Below, in pieces: positions 30,577 to 40,471 of a stretch of 47,075 bases of DNA. Position numbers and translations under genes: made by a program. The stretch is taken from NCBI GenBank assembly GCA_031280375.1, contig JAITGU010000050.1:1-47075 (forward strand), given 5' to 3'. Origin of the DNA: Candidatus Methanovirga procula (GTDB lineage Archaea > Methanobacteriota > Methanobacteria > Methanobacteriales > Methanobacteriaceae). The notes under the pieces were generated by a model. The model was given only the letters and a program-made list of their open reading frames with translations. It was not told the origin of the DNA and made no database searches. Positions within the stretch are counted from its first letter, which is position 1. Every line of letters begins with the position of its first letter.

Positions 30577-30854
30577 TATAGGGTGTTAGGTTTTCACATT
30601 TCAGTGAGGGTTTGTAGTGTCTTATTTATCTGGAGTTAACTTTGATTACTATTAACTTTATGTTAATAACAATGTCATCAACTTAAGAAATCTGGTTAAA
30701 TATTTTCGTGAAAAATTAGACCAATTTATATAAAAAAAATTTGCAATTTATTTAAAACCATGAAAAAATATAAAACTCAATTTAAATAAAAATCGTTAAG
30801 TTGATGACATTGGTTTATGTTCTTTGTTTTTTCATGAAAATCTAACACCCTATA
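30577..30854. mobile_element. 278-bp MITE-like element with nested inverted repeats
   Basis: The outer 20-nt inverted repeats are tatagggtgttaggttttca (30577-30596) and tgaaaatctaacaccctata (30835-30854), with one mismatch. The inner perfect 17-nt inverted repeats are caatgtcatcaacttaa (30670-30686) and ttaagttgatgacattg (30796-30812). No ORF inside. Confidence 0.65.
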
Positions 30855-31651
30855 GAGTTTATAGACAGATTTTCACTGAATACGATACTCATGAAAAATT
30901 GTTAGTATATAAAATCAACAATTAAATAGGAAGAATCAAATTGTCATGACAATAGAGCTCTTCATAAAATATTTCATGAGCTGGGTCACAAGTCATATTC
31001 TCAAATTTCACCTATTTCACATTTTCAACTAAAATCAGTTGAACTCAGTATATACAATATTCTTGAAAATGGAAATTTCGTTTCATAACTTACCCAAGGG
31101 TAAAAAAAGGTTGATTAAAACTTTAAGGTTTTGATCCAGGTTTTTTCAAAAGAATGGCATAAATCTTGATTTTAATTATATTTAAAAAAATAATGATTAT
31201 TAAATCAAAATTTTAGATTTAAAAAGTAAACTTGTCTTTAAATCCAACTTAAAAACACCGAATTTTCCTGAAAATATGCATATTTTAACCGTGTCCCAAT
31301 CATTTATAATCAAAAAAAAATATAGAAAGTTATTTAATAATAATTAATATAATTTATATATTATAAACAAAATATATTATCAGATATATTTAAAATTAAA
31401 TGTTTTAGAATTGGATAATCTAAAATTAAATAATCTGAAAAATATAGATTATCAGATATTTTATAATAAGATTAAAATATTATACAATTCACTGCCCAAT
31501 TTATTTTGTAGTTAACTATTTAAATTTAAAAAAAATGAATAAATTAAGGAAATAAACTAATAACAACTAAGTTTTTCATTTGTAAAAATGCTTATATTCT
31601 TAAAAATAATATTAGTTTTAAACTTATTGTCTATTTTATGGGGGAAATTTA

Positions 31652-32365
31652 TTGCTTCTATTAATAAGTCCAATTAATCATGAAGAAGCTGTTGAAGCTA
31701 TTGAAGGTGGATCAGATATTGTTGATGTTAAAAATCCAAAAGAAGGTTCTTTAGGTGCTAATTTTCCGTGGGTTATTGAAGATATAAGGAGAATAACACC
31801 TGAAGAAACTTTAGTAAGTGCAACTTTAGGAGATGTGGATTATAAACCTGGTACTGTATCTCTTGCTGCTTTAGGAGCCCTTGCTTCTGGTGCAGATTAT
31901 ATTAAAGTAGGTTTGTATGGTACAAAAAATTATGATGAAGCATTGGAAGTTATGAAGAATGTTGTTAAAGCTATTAAAGACAAGAAGAGAGATACTATTG
32001 TAGTTGCTTCAGGTTATGCTGATGCCCATCGTGTTGGTAGTGTTGATCCATTAAAAATTCCTCGAATAGCTAAGGATTCTGGATCTGATTTAGCAATGTT
32101 GGACACTGCCGTAAAAGATGGTAAAGGATTATTTGACTTCTTAGATATTAACACTTTAAAAAAATTTGTTGATGAAACACATAGCTACTATTTAAAAACT
32201 GCTTTAGCTGGTTCTCTTAAAAAAGAAGATTTGAAACCATTGGCAGATATTGGTTGTGATGTTGTTGGTATAAGAGGAGCTGCTTGTATTGGTGGAGATA
32301 GAAATACTGGTAAAATCCATAGGAGTGCAGTCTCTGATTTGAAATCATTAATAAATAGCTTTTGA
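31652..32365 (+). CDS. mfnB: (5-formylfuran-3-yl)methyl phosphate synthase (methanofuran biosynthesis, MJ1099 family)
   Basis: TTG start 7 nt after GGGGG. The N-terminus [41 protein letters not shown] is typical of this family. Confidence 0.85.
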   Translation: MLLLISPINHEEAVEAIEGGSDIVDVKNPKEGSLGANFPWVIEDIRRITPEETLVSATLGDVDYKPGTVSLAALGALASGADYIKVGLYGTKNYDEALEVMKNVVKAIKDKKRDTIVVASGYADAHRVGSVDPLKIPRIAKDSGSDLAMLDTAVKDGKGLFDFLDINTLKKFVDETHSYYLKTALAGSLKKEDLKPLADIGCDVVGIRGAACIGGDRNTGKIHRSAVSDLKSLINSF

Positions 32366-32521
32366 CAAAGTCCCATTATTATCATATTCATTATCAAAAT
32401 CTATATTTTATTATTACAACTTCTCATTGTCTATAAACAATTATTACTAATTATCTTTAATATTTAAATTATTTCTTTTAATCTCATTATTAATAATTAA
32501 ACAAAAAAATAGAGGAAATTT

Positions 32522-34003
32522 ATGTACCTAAATAAAATAAACGAAGCCAAAACTGCTTATACCTTTGATGATTTTTTACTTGCTCCTAATGAATCATGGG
32601 TCGAACCAAAAGATGTAAATACTAAATCAAGGATATCCACCAATTTTAAATTGAAAATTCCTATAGTGAGTGCTGCTATGGATACAGTGACTGAAAATGA
32701 ACTTGCCATTGCTTTAGCTCAAGAAGGTGGAATTGGAATCATACACAGGAATATGACACTTGAGGATGAAGTAAATCATGTTAAAAAGGTTAAAGAATCT
32801 GGTGATTTAACAATAAGAGATGTTTTTACCACAGATCCTGAATCTTCATTAGAAACAGTTAAAGATTTAATGAGTGAAGAAGCTGTTAGTGGTCTTCCAG
32901 TTATAGAATCTGGGAAATTAATCGGGATTATAAGTAAAAGAGACCTCAAACCTTTTTTAAATGAAACAAGCAATAAAACAGTTAAAGATCTTATGACTTG
33001 TGGTGTTGTGACAGTTCCAGAATCCATATCTCCAGCTGAAGCCTTAGATATTGCCTATGAAAACAAGATTGAAAGACTTCCTGTTGTAAAAGATGATAAA
33101 TTAGTGGGAATTATTACAATTAAAGATATTTTAGAACAGAAACAATACCCTCATAGTATAAGGGATAAAGATGGAAAATTATTGGTTGCTGCTGCAGCAG
33201 GACCATTTGATTTAAAAAGAGCCATTGCCTTAGATGAAGCTGGTGCAGATATAATAGCTATTGATTGTGCTCATGCTCATAATATGAATGTTGTTAATTT
33301 TGTATCTACAATTAAAGAAAATGTAGATGCTGATTTAATTGTTGGAAACATTGCAACTGTAGAAGCAGCTGAAGCATTAATAGCTAAGGATGTGAATGGC
33401 CTTAAAGTTGGAATTGGACCTGGTTCTATGTGTACAACAAGAATAATAGCTGGGGTTGGTGTTCCTCAAATAACAGCTATTGGGCAAGTTGCTGATGTAG
33501 CAAGAGATTATGATGTTCCTGTTATTGCTGATGGTGGTATTAGATATTCAGGTGACATAGCTAAAGCCATTGCTGCGGGAGCAGATGTTGTTATGTTAGG
33601 TAATCTTCTTGCAGGAACATACGAATCTCCTGGAGCCGTTACTGTAATCAATGGCATAAAATATAAACAATATCGTGGAATGGGTTCAATGGGTGCTATG
33701 ACTGGTGGTTTTAGTGGAGGTGCAGATAGATACTTCCAAGAGATAAAAGGTCCTATGAAGCATTCAAAACTTGTTCCTGAAGGAGTTGAAGGTGTAGTCC
33801 ATTATAAAGGCAAAGTAAGTGATGTCATTTTCCAACTTGTAGGTGGTTTAAAAGCTTCTATGGGTTATTGTGGAGCCAAAAACATTCAAGTGATGCATGA
33901 ACAAGCTAAATTTGTTAAGATCACTTCAAGTGGTATTAAAGAAAGCCATCCTCACGACCTTTTAATCACCAATGAAAGTCCAAACTACCCTACACTAAAA
34001 TAG
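32522..34003 (+). CDS. guaB: IMP dehydrogenase with CBS pair
   Basis: 493 aa with FDDFLLAP, the catalytic loop [11 protein letters not shown], and [17 protein letters not shown]. Confidence 0.95.
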   Translation: MYLNKINEAKTAYTFDDFLLAPNESWVEPKDVNTKSRISTNFKLKIPIVSAAMDTVTENELAIALAQEGGIGIIHRNMTLEDEVNHVKKVKESGDLTIRDVFTTDPESSLETVKDLMSEEAVSGLPVIESGKLIGIISKRDLKPFLNETSNKTVKDLMTCGVVTVPESISPAEALDIAYENKIERLPVVKDDKLVGIITIKDILEQKQYPHSIRDKDGKLLVAAAAGPFDLKRAIALDEAGADIIAIDCAHAHNMNVVNFVSTIKENVDADLIVGNIATVEAAEALIAKDVNGLKVGIGPGSMCTTRIIAGVGVPQITAIGQVADVARDYDVPVIADGGIRYSGDIAKAIAAGADVVMLGNLLAGTYESPGAVTVINGIKYKQYRGMGSMGAMTGGFSGGADRYFQEIKGPMKHSKLVPEGVEGVVHYKGKVSDVIFQLVGGLKASMGYCGAKNIQVMHEQAKFVKITSSGIKESHPHDLLITNESPNYPTLK

Positions 34004-34037
34004 CTATTAATTTAACTTAGCTATTGAAGGTTGAAAA

Positions 34038-34727
34038 ATGATTCCAAATAATCATAGAACTTGCATATTACTATGTGGAGGATTGAGTAAAAGAATGGGT
34101 CAAGATAAGGGATCTATGATAATTCACAGTAAACCTATGATTATGTATATACTTAAAACACTAAACTATGAAATAGATGAAGTCATAATTGTTTTAAATG
34201 ATAGAGAAAGAATACTAAAATATGAGTCAATGATAAATTACTACCATTGTGAAAAATTTTCTTATAAAATAATATTTGTAGAAGACGAATTTAAGGATAA
34301 AGGTCCTTTATCAGGAATTATGACTGGGCTGAAAAATGCAAATAGTAGCTATTGTCTCGTTATTCCCTGTGATTCGCCATACATAACAAAAAAATATGTT
34401 AACTCTATTTTCAAAATAAAAAATAAAATAAAAAAGGATTTTGATGCTTTAATACCATACCACAATGATAAGGAAAGCTTAATAGATGAATCTTTACATA
34501 TAAATGATAAAAATTTTAAGCTAAAACTAATAGAACCATTACATGGGATTTATAATAAAAATATAATAGATCAAATGCAAAAAAATATAGGAAACAATAA
34601 ATTAGATATTAAATCAATTATTAAACATTCTAATACTTATTTTATTAACACTAAAAACTTTGATGAAATTAACTTTCAGAATATAAATTGTCCCTGTGAT
34701 TTAAATAACATTCAAATTTATCGTTGA
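34038..34727 (+). CDS. mobA: Molybdenum cofactor guanylyltransferase-like nucleotidyltransferase
   Basis: ILLCGGLSKRMGQDKGSM N-terminus, GPLSGIMTGL and IPCDSPYI motifs, and an AT-rich insertion in the C-terminal half. Confidence 0.78.
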   Translation: MIPNNHRTCILLCGGLSKRMGQDKGSMIIHSKPMIMYILKTLNYEIDEVIIVLNDRERILKYESMINYYHCEKFSYKIIFVEDEFKDKGPLSGIMTGLKNANSSYCLVIPCDSPYITKKYVNSIFKIKNKIKKDFDALIPYHNDKESLIDESLHINDKNFKLKLIEPLHGIYNKNIIDQMQKNIGNNKLDIKSIIKHSNTYFINTKNFDEINFQNINCPCDLNNIQIYR

Positions 34728-34736
34728 TTTATTGCT

Positions 34737-35027
34737 TTGAATTGTACTGATTGGTCTTTGTTTACTTGTTGGATTGCTAAGGAGTTAGGTTATCCTTTCC
34801 GTGTTTATAATGTTGTTTGTTCAAGCAGCGGAGGGCATGTAAGGCCAGCTATTGTGGATATGGATGATTCTGATAGTGGTTGGATGTCTACAGACCCAGC
34901 TGCTATCAACGACCGTAATGAACGACGCTATGACTGTTTATATGATGTTTGGTGTGATACTGATAATGGTTCCACGATTGTAGACACGAGCGAAAAAAAT
35001 CAATTACTTGGATGGATGCACTGGTAA
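34737..35027 (+). pseudogene. Transglutaminase-like cysteine peptidase core, N-terminally truncated
   Basis: NCTDWSLFTCWIAKELGYPFRVYN...GGHVRPAIVDMDDSDSGWMSTDPAA carries the Cys, His and Asp contexts. The frame opens only at 34728, right after the mobA stop, with a TTG at 34737. Noticeably GC-richer than its surroundings. Confidence 0.45.
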
Positions 35028-35031
35028 AAAT

Positions 35032-35148
35032 ATGTTGGACGGAATTCTATGCCCATGCCGTGAATGCCGAAAGCACGATTTCGATAACAGTGGACATAAA
35101 GTCTGCAGATTATCATTAGAACAATGGAAGATCGACGATGAGTCCTAA
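35032..35148 (+). CDS. Small Cys-rich (zinc-ribbon-like) protein, 38 aa
   Basis: MLDGILCPCRECRKHDFDNSGHKVCRLSLEQWKIDDES. Relatively GC-rich coding-like composition. Overlaps the next ORF by 11 nt (35138-35148). Confidence 0.35.
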   Translation: MLDGILCPCRECRKHDFDNSGHKVCRLSLEQWKIDDES

Positions 35149-35263
35149 ATGGTTAGACTATCAAATCGAACTAAACCAAAAAGCCATACAATGGCACAAA
35201 GACCATGGCAAGAAATACGAAACATTAGAATTAGAACATTTGCTAAAAATAGCAAATAAATAA
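35138..35263 (+). CDS. Small hypothetical protein, 41 aa
   Basis: MSPKWLDYQIELNQKAIQWHKDHGKKYETLELEHLLKIANK. Overlaps the previous small ORF, which suggests translational coupling. Confidence 0.35.
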   Translation: MSPKWLDYQIELNQKAIQWHKDHGKKYETLELEHLLKIANK

Positions 35264-35540
35264 ATAATAAATATAAATTTTTTTAGGAGAAAAGTATAAA
35301 ATGTCTTGTGATAAATGAATTAGCAGAAATTAAAAACATATTAAAAAAATTAGTAGAAATCAAAGACAATGAACTTAGTGTGTTAGAAATGGTAGCAGCT
35401 ATTTACATGGAAAAAAACTCTCATGTGATGGAAGCTATTCAAAACTAAGTTGAATTTGAGAATTTAGATGATTTTGAAGACGAAGAGGATTAACTTCAAA
35501 TAAATCCTCTCTTCATATTCAATTTTGAAGGTGTAGATAA

Positions 35541-36660
35541 ATGATGTTAAAAATAATAAAACCTATAGGTTTATTTATCATAATAATGTTTTTATTAGCT
35601 AATTTAGGCTCACCAGTAGCAGCAGAATTTAGTAAGCCGTCTTTTAATGAGATTTTAGCTGATACTTTGGATACTTCAATAGATAATTCTACATTAGTTA
35701 ATGAATCTGATAATCCTGTTATTAGTCGTATTAAGTTTTTTAATCCTAATGCTACTGTGGGTGAGGTTATTGCTGTTAATGTGATGCTGGGTGAACAATT
35801 GAACCAGTCTAATAATGGTTTTGATCTTAATCTTTATTTTTACTATTGTAATAATTCATCCAGTTACCCAATTACTGGTGTTGATTTAACAGCCCGTGAA
35901 TTGTATGCTCAAGCACCAGGTGTACGTTCTTTTATTGATGGTTTAGATAATGTACTTATCCGTTATAGTCATATGAGTAAAGAAGAAAAAGTTGAATTCT
36001 TATTAACTAAAACTCCAAGTAATGATTTAACTGAAGAAATATTAGATAACGCTGATGCCGATGAATTAACATTACTATCTCAGAAAGCATTCACAGCATT
36101 TGATAATTTCCCTGATTATGATTATGATGATATAACTAAAGCTAATACAATTAAAAAAGATGTTGAAGGACATGTTGATAAATTCAATAATGATGTACAA
36201 TATTATGATAAATATTTCCAAGTTTATGGTGATGAGGAACATCTTAGGAGTAATGTTTCTATAGCTAATAATACTTCTACTAGTGTGAATATTAATGAAA
36301 CAACCGATATAAACGTTTTAAGAATGCTTAAGAGCGAATGTCTTATCAACATTAGTTATTTAGAAAATGAGAAGCAGCCTTTCGAGGATACTAAAGATAA
36401 AATAATCAAATCTGGTCTCAGTCTCAGTGGAATTGGAGCTGGACTGCTTGCATTGGCTAGCTGTAACCATTGTAGCTATTTGGTTAATGGTTGCTTTGTT
36501 TTTATTTGGTGCTTTTCTGCTATTGATTGGTCTTATGCTGATTGGAGTTGGTGGTGATATATGGGATGCTAAGATTAAGCCTTATGATGATAAAATAGCT
36601 GTTTTAAAGCAAGAGGTTAAGGATATTGATGCTAGGATAGCTTTTTTGTTGACTTTATAG
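35541..36660 (+). pseudogene. Exported protein with interrupted reading frame (+1 shift near 36450-36462)
   Basis: Signal-peptide-like N-terminus. Frame A ends in an implausible Cys/Trp-rich tail at 36557. Frame B from about 36460 encodes a clean hydrophobic double helix (AVTIVAIWLMVALFLFGAFLLLIGLMLIGVGG) and a coiled-coil tail to 36660. Confidence 0.55.
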
Positions 36661-36777
36661 AATAATACCAATTTTTTTTTTTTGGCTTGTTGATAATGAT
36701 GTAAAAAAAATCATTGGATGATGCAGCTACAAAAAAAAATAAAAAAAAATGATTTCAAAGATTTGGAGGTTATTTAA

Positions 36778-37104
36778 ATGCTGTTGAATAAATTTTTAGG
36801 TTTAATGTTAATAGCTTTGTTAGCTGTTAGCAGTATGAGTGCTGTTAGTGCTACCACTATTCATATAGATGGTGATTGGAGATTAGTGTTTAATTTCAAA
36901 TTCACTGATCTGTCTACTGGTGAGAATATTTGGAGTTGTAATGTTGCTGCTGGAGATGGGCATACTATGAATTTTGATGCTAATCCCCATAAATTACATC
37001 AAATAGGTGTTACTGTAACTCCATATGGTTATACTAATCCTGGTTACATCAGTAAAGTGATAAATGTGTATAATGGTGGGGATTTGATGTTTTCGCTAAG
37101 TTAA
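36778..37104 (+). CDS. Small secreted hypothetical protein
   Basis: 108 aa with GGAGG 9 nt before the ATG and a signal peptide ending SAVSA-TT. Confidence 0.6.
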   Translation: MLLNKFLGLMLIALLAVSSMSAVSATTIHIDGDWRLVFNFKFTDLSTGENIWSCNVAAGDGHTMNFDANPHKLHQIGVTVTPYGYTNPGYISKVINVYNGGDLMFSLS

Positions 37105-37242
37105 AATGGAATTACGGCAAAGCACGGTATGATTTTAGTTTAAATCCTTGTACTGTTGGTGGTGTACCTTTCTAAATTTCTTTTAGGGTTTTTTTAGAGC
37201 TACATAGTATGTCTTGTAGGGGTGCAATTCATCTATTAGCTC

Positions 37243-37280
37243 ATTTTAGGGAGGATTCTCCCTAAAATCTAATTTTTTTT
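37243..37280 (+). terminator. 11-bp perfect hairpin followed by a T8 run
   Basis: attttagggag-gatt-ctccctaaaat (37243-37268), then ctaatttttttt. Confidence 0.5.
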
Positions 37281-37784
37281 ACTTATAACTTTCATTATTC
37301 CAAACAAATACAAACAGCAGAAATCATAAGAATAAATCATATTAACTATTAGTCCAAGACAAAATTTTCGACATTTTAATAATTTTTTACTTAAAGAACT
37401 TGCTGCATGACTATTAATTAATATTTAAAATATGAATTAAAAAATTTTGAGTATATATTAAATTGCGAATTTATTTTTTTCATTTTCAACTACTCCAATT
37501 AACTTTTTGTAACTTATAGTATTTTTGAAAAAGTTCTTAAATTTTGAAAATAAATTAAATCATGAATAATAGTTATTTTAAATTATATCTGGTTATAATT
37601 AATTATTATTAAAACTTAAATTATTATAATTATTTATTAATTTAATAAACTACTTAAAATTGTTAAATTAAAAATATAAATATTTTTTTATAATTTATTT
37701 ATTAAAAACTTTATCAAATTGACTATAATATGATAAAAAAATCATTAATTTAATCTTAAAATATAAATTAATTATTAATATTAC

Positions 37785-37870
37785 AAAATCGAAGATTTTT
37801 AATTCTTATAAAACGAAGAATTAATTCTTCTAAATTGAAAAATAAATTTTCAATAATAAAAAATTTTATA
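37785..37870 (-). repeat. Inverted copy of the second hairpin module family
   Basis: Positions 37810-37867 are the perfect reverse complement of 15362-15419 (58 nt). The adjacent hairpin is aaaatc-gaa-gatttt. Confidence 0.9.
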
Positions 37871-38297
37871 AATAATAACTTTATTTTATTAAATTAATTT
37901 TAATAAGGGTATTTATAAAATATTCTCGTATTTGTTTACTCTACAACAAGGTTTGTTTTCCACCATTACCATAGTGTCTAATTTGACTTGCCACAAAAAA
38001 CGAGTTAGAATTTTACTTCAAAATCGTATTGTGTATAAACTTTACTTAGATTAGAAATACTTGTGGAACGACCTGTACTATCTGAAGAGAGTGCAAATTA
38101 TTATAAAATCTTTAAATCTTGATTAAATATGATATTACCCTCTCTTTGTTGAATAAAATCTACAGTATGAATGAACCTTTTCCAAGTAAATAAATTATAA
38201 AATTAGATTTGATATATATTGATATGCTTTATATTTAAATATTTATAATAGTAGACATAAAAAGTGTTTTAAAAAAAATTATTATCTAAATTGTATA

Positions 38298-38483
38298 TCA
38301 ACTCCATATTTTTAAGACAGTCATTAATAAACCAATAATTAGAATAAAAGAACCCATAATAGTTAGAAATAGTTTAATATGATTATCTAATTTTTCATTG
38401 TACTCTTTTTGATTAGCATCCATCTTATCATAATACCTATGTTCAAGATCTAATAACTCTTTACGATATTCAATTTCATCCAT
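38298..38483 (-). CDS. Small tail-anchored coiled-coil protein
   Basis: 61 aa with GGGAGGG 7 nt upstream of the ATG and a C-terminal TM helix FLTIMGSFILIIGLLMTVL. Confidence 0.55.
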   Translation of the reverse strand: MDEIEYRKELLDLEHRYYDKMDANQKEYNEKLDNHIKLFLTIMGSFILIIGLLMTVLKIWS

Positions 38484-38526
38484 TTTACATCCCTCCCACT
38501 TTTTTCAATTTTATTAATTGTTTTAT

Positions 38527-38715
38527 CTAATCTTCAATCTTTTCAAGACAATCTTTTTCTAAACTAATTTTTACTTTATTGTCAATGACTTCCATGAACC
38601 ATTTCATTCTATTCTTTTCATTGAGTTGTAATATTGCTCTAACTTCTCTTGGAAATGTGGTTATTAAAAATTTTGATTTCCATTTGGTTTTCTCAATGAT
38701 GTCACTGATAAAATT
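38527..38715 (-). pseudogene. AbrB/SpoVT-like small DNA-binding protein lacking an in-frame start
   Basis: The open frame reads NFISDIIEKTKWKSKFLITTFPREVRAILQLNEKNRMKWFMEVIDNKVKISLEKDCLEKIED. It has no ATG, GTG or TTG in frame. A GTG-initiated 22-codon ORF in another frame overlaps its 5' end. Confidence 0.3.
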
Positions 38716-38922
38716 TTAGTTATGTTTTTCACTTTTTTATCACTTATTTTTTTTTATATTATTTAATTAGTTTACATGTTCTTTGAATTTATATATTTTC
38801 CTATAAAACTATTTTTAGTAAACTTTATATACCAATGAAGTTCAATGAGAAAAAATTTAATTTCAAAATAATTAATTTTACAAAATACTATAATCATATA
38901 CTCATAGAATATTTTTCCATTA

Positions 38923-39867
38923 TTACGATCTAATTTGATTTTTCAAAAACCATTCTACTGTAGTTTTAAGTTGTGATTTAAATAAATTGGGGTCTACTTT
39001 AAAATGTATCTTACTAAGATTATCAACGTTTGCTTGAGAATGCTTTATATCTCCCAATCTTTCATCATCATATTTAGGTTTCAAACTAGATTGGAGTATA
39101 ACACTAATAATATTGTAAAGTTGACTAATAGTTACAGAATATCCTGATCCTAAATTCAATATTCCATTAAACTTCGATTCAGCCGCCAAAATATTTGCTT
39201 CAACAAGATCTTTTACAAAAATAAAGTCCCTACTTTGTTCTCCATCACCAAATATGATTGCTTGTCTATTATTTATAATTGCATCTATAAATTTCGGTAT
39301 CACTGCAGCATACTGTGAGTTAGGATCTTGTCTTGGACCAAAGACATTGAAAAACCTAAAAGCAACACTTTCTAAACCATAAGACTCATAAAAAGATTGT
39401 AGATACAGTTCACAACTTGCTTTAGATGCTGCATAAGGTGAAGTTGGAGTCAAAACTTCAGATTCTTTTAAAGGAATGTTTGGATTGTTTCCATAAACAG
39501 CTGACGAAGAAGCAAAAACAATTTTTTTAACAGCCCCCTCTTTAGCAGCCTCTAACAATTTAACAGTGACATCAACATTATTTTTATTTGCTAAAATAGG
39601 GTTTTCCACACTCAATGGAACACTTGCCATTGCAGCATAATGAAAAACATAATCAACATCTTCAAAAATTCCATTTAAATCCATAGTATTCAAGTCATTT
39701 ATGATTATGCTTAAATTAGAATGATTTAGATTTTCAATATTTGTAATTTTTCCACTGGATTCATTATCAATAACTATAACTTCATTATTTTCCACTGTCT
39801 CTTCAACAATATGAGAACCAATGAATCCTAAACCACCAGTAACCAGAATTTTTTTGTTTTTCATCAT
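38923..39867 (-). CDS. NAD-dependent sugar-nucleotide 4-epimerase (WbpP/TviC-like extended SDR)
   Basis: VTGGLGFIGSH Rossmann motif, YAASK catalytic motif, and FNVFGPRQDPNSQYAAVIPKF. Confidence 0.85.
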   Translation of the reverse strand: MMKNKKILVTGGLGFIGSHIVEETVENNEVIVIDNESSGKITNIENLNHSNLSIIINDLNTMDLNGIFEDVDYVFHYAAMASVPLSVENPILANKNNVDVTVKLLEAAKEGAVKKIVFASSSAVYGNNPNIPLKESEVLTPTSPYAASKASCELYLQSFYESYGLESVAFRFFNVFGPRQDPNSQYAAVIPKFIDAIINNRQAIIFGDGEQSRDFIFVKDLVEANILAAESKFNGILNLGSGYSVTISQLYNIISVILQSSLKPKYDDERLGDIKHSQANVDNLSKIHFKVDPNLFKSQLKTTVEWFLKNQIRS

Positions 39868-40099
39868 ATTATCCTAAAAATTTAATTTATAATATTTTAC
39901 CTAACTTATTAACATGATATATTTTATTAAATTCTTTTCATTGAATTTTTAAAAGAAAAAACTTTAATATCTATTTAAATTAAAATTTAAGTAATTTTAA
40001 AAATAATTTTTTAATAAAAATTTTTATAGTGTTTTGCAAAATTAATTATTTTTGGCTTAAATTACTAAAAATTACCAAAAATTTTTAATTTTTGTAATT

Positions 40100-40120
40100 A
40101 TGAAAATCCAAAGGATTTTC
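40100..40120. repeat. Solitary hairpin built like the array hairpins
   Basis: tgaaaatcc-aaa-ggattttca: a 9-bp perfect stem and an AAA triloop closed by C-G. Confidence 0.6.
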
Positions 40121-40471
40121 AGTAATCTTTGATTTTGTAAATATTAATGTTTATTTTATATTTAAGATTACTCCTTAATATTTTAGGGTTAATCTATCTA
40201 AGTTATAATTTAATTTTTTTACCTAATAAACTTTTATAAATTGGTATTGAGCAAATTCAAATAAAATAATATCCAAGTATATCCTTAATTAAATAAAAAG
40301 TCCATAATAAGAGAACTATAATAAGAAAATTTTACGGATAAAACTTTAAAAAATCTTTTAGAAGAAGAAAAAATAAAGTATAAATAAAAAATTAATAAAA
40401 AATTTTTGAATAAAAAAAATTCATTCCTTTTTTTTTACTATTTCATTGTTTAGAATTTATTACCAAATAAT

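Noticed and set aside
37920-38110. Slightly GC-richer stretch with short minus-strand frames (FALSSDSTGRSTSISNLSKVYTQYDFEVKF and others).
   Set aside because: The frames are about 30 aa and separated by stops, with no recognisable motifs. It may be gene debris, but that cannot be demonstrated from the sequence alone.
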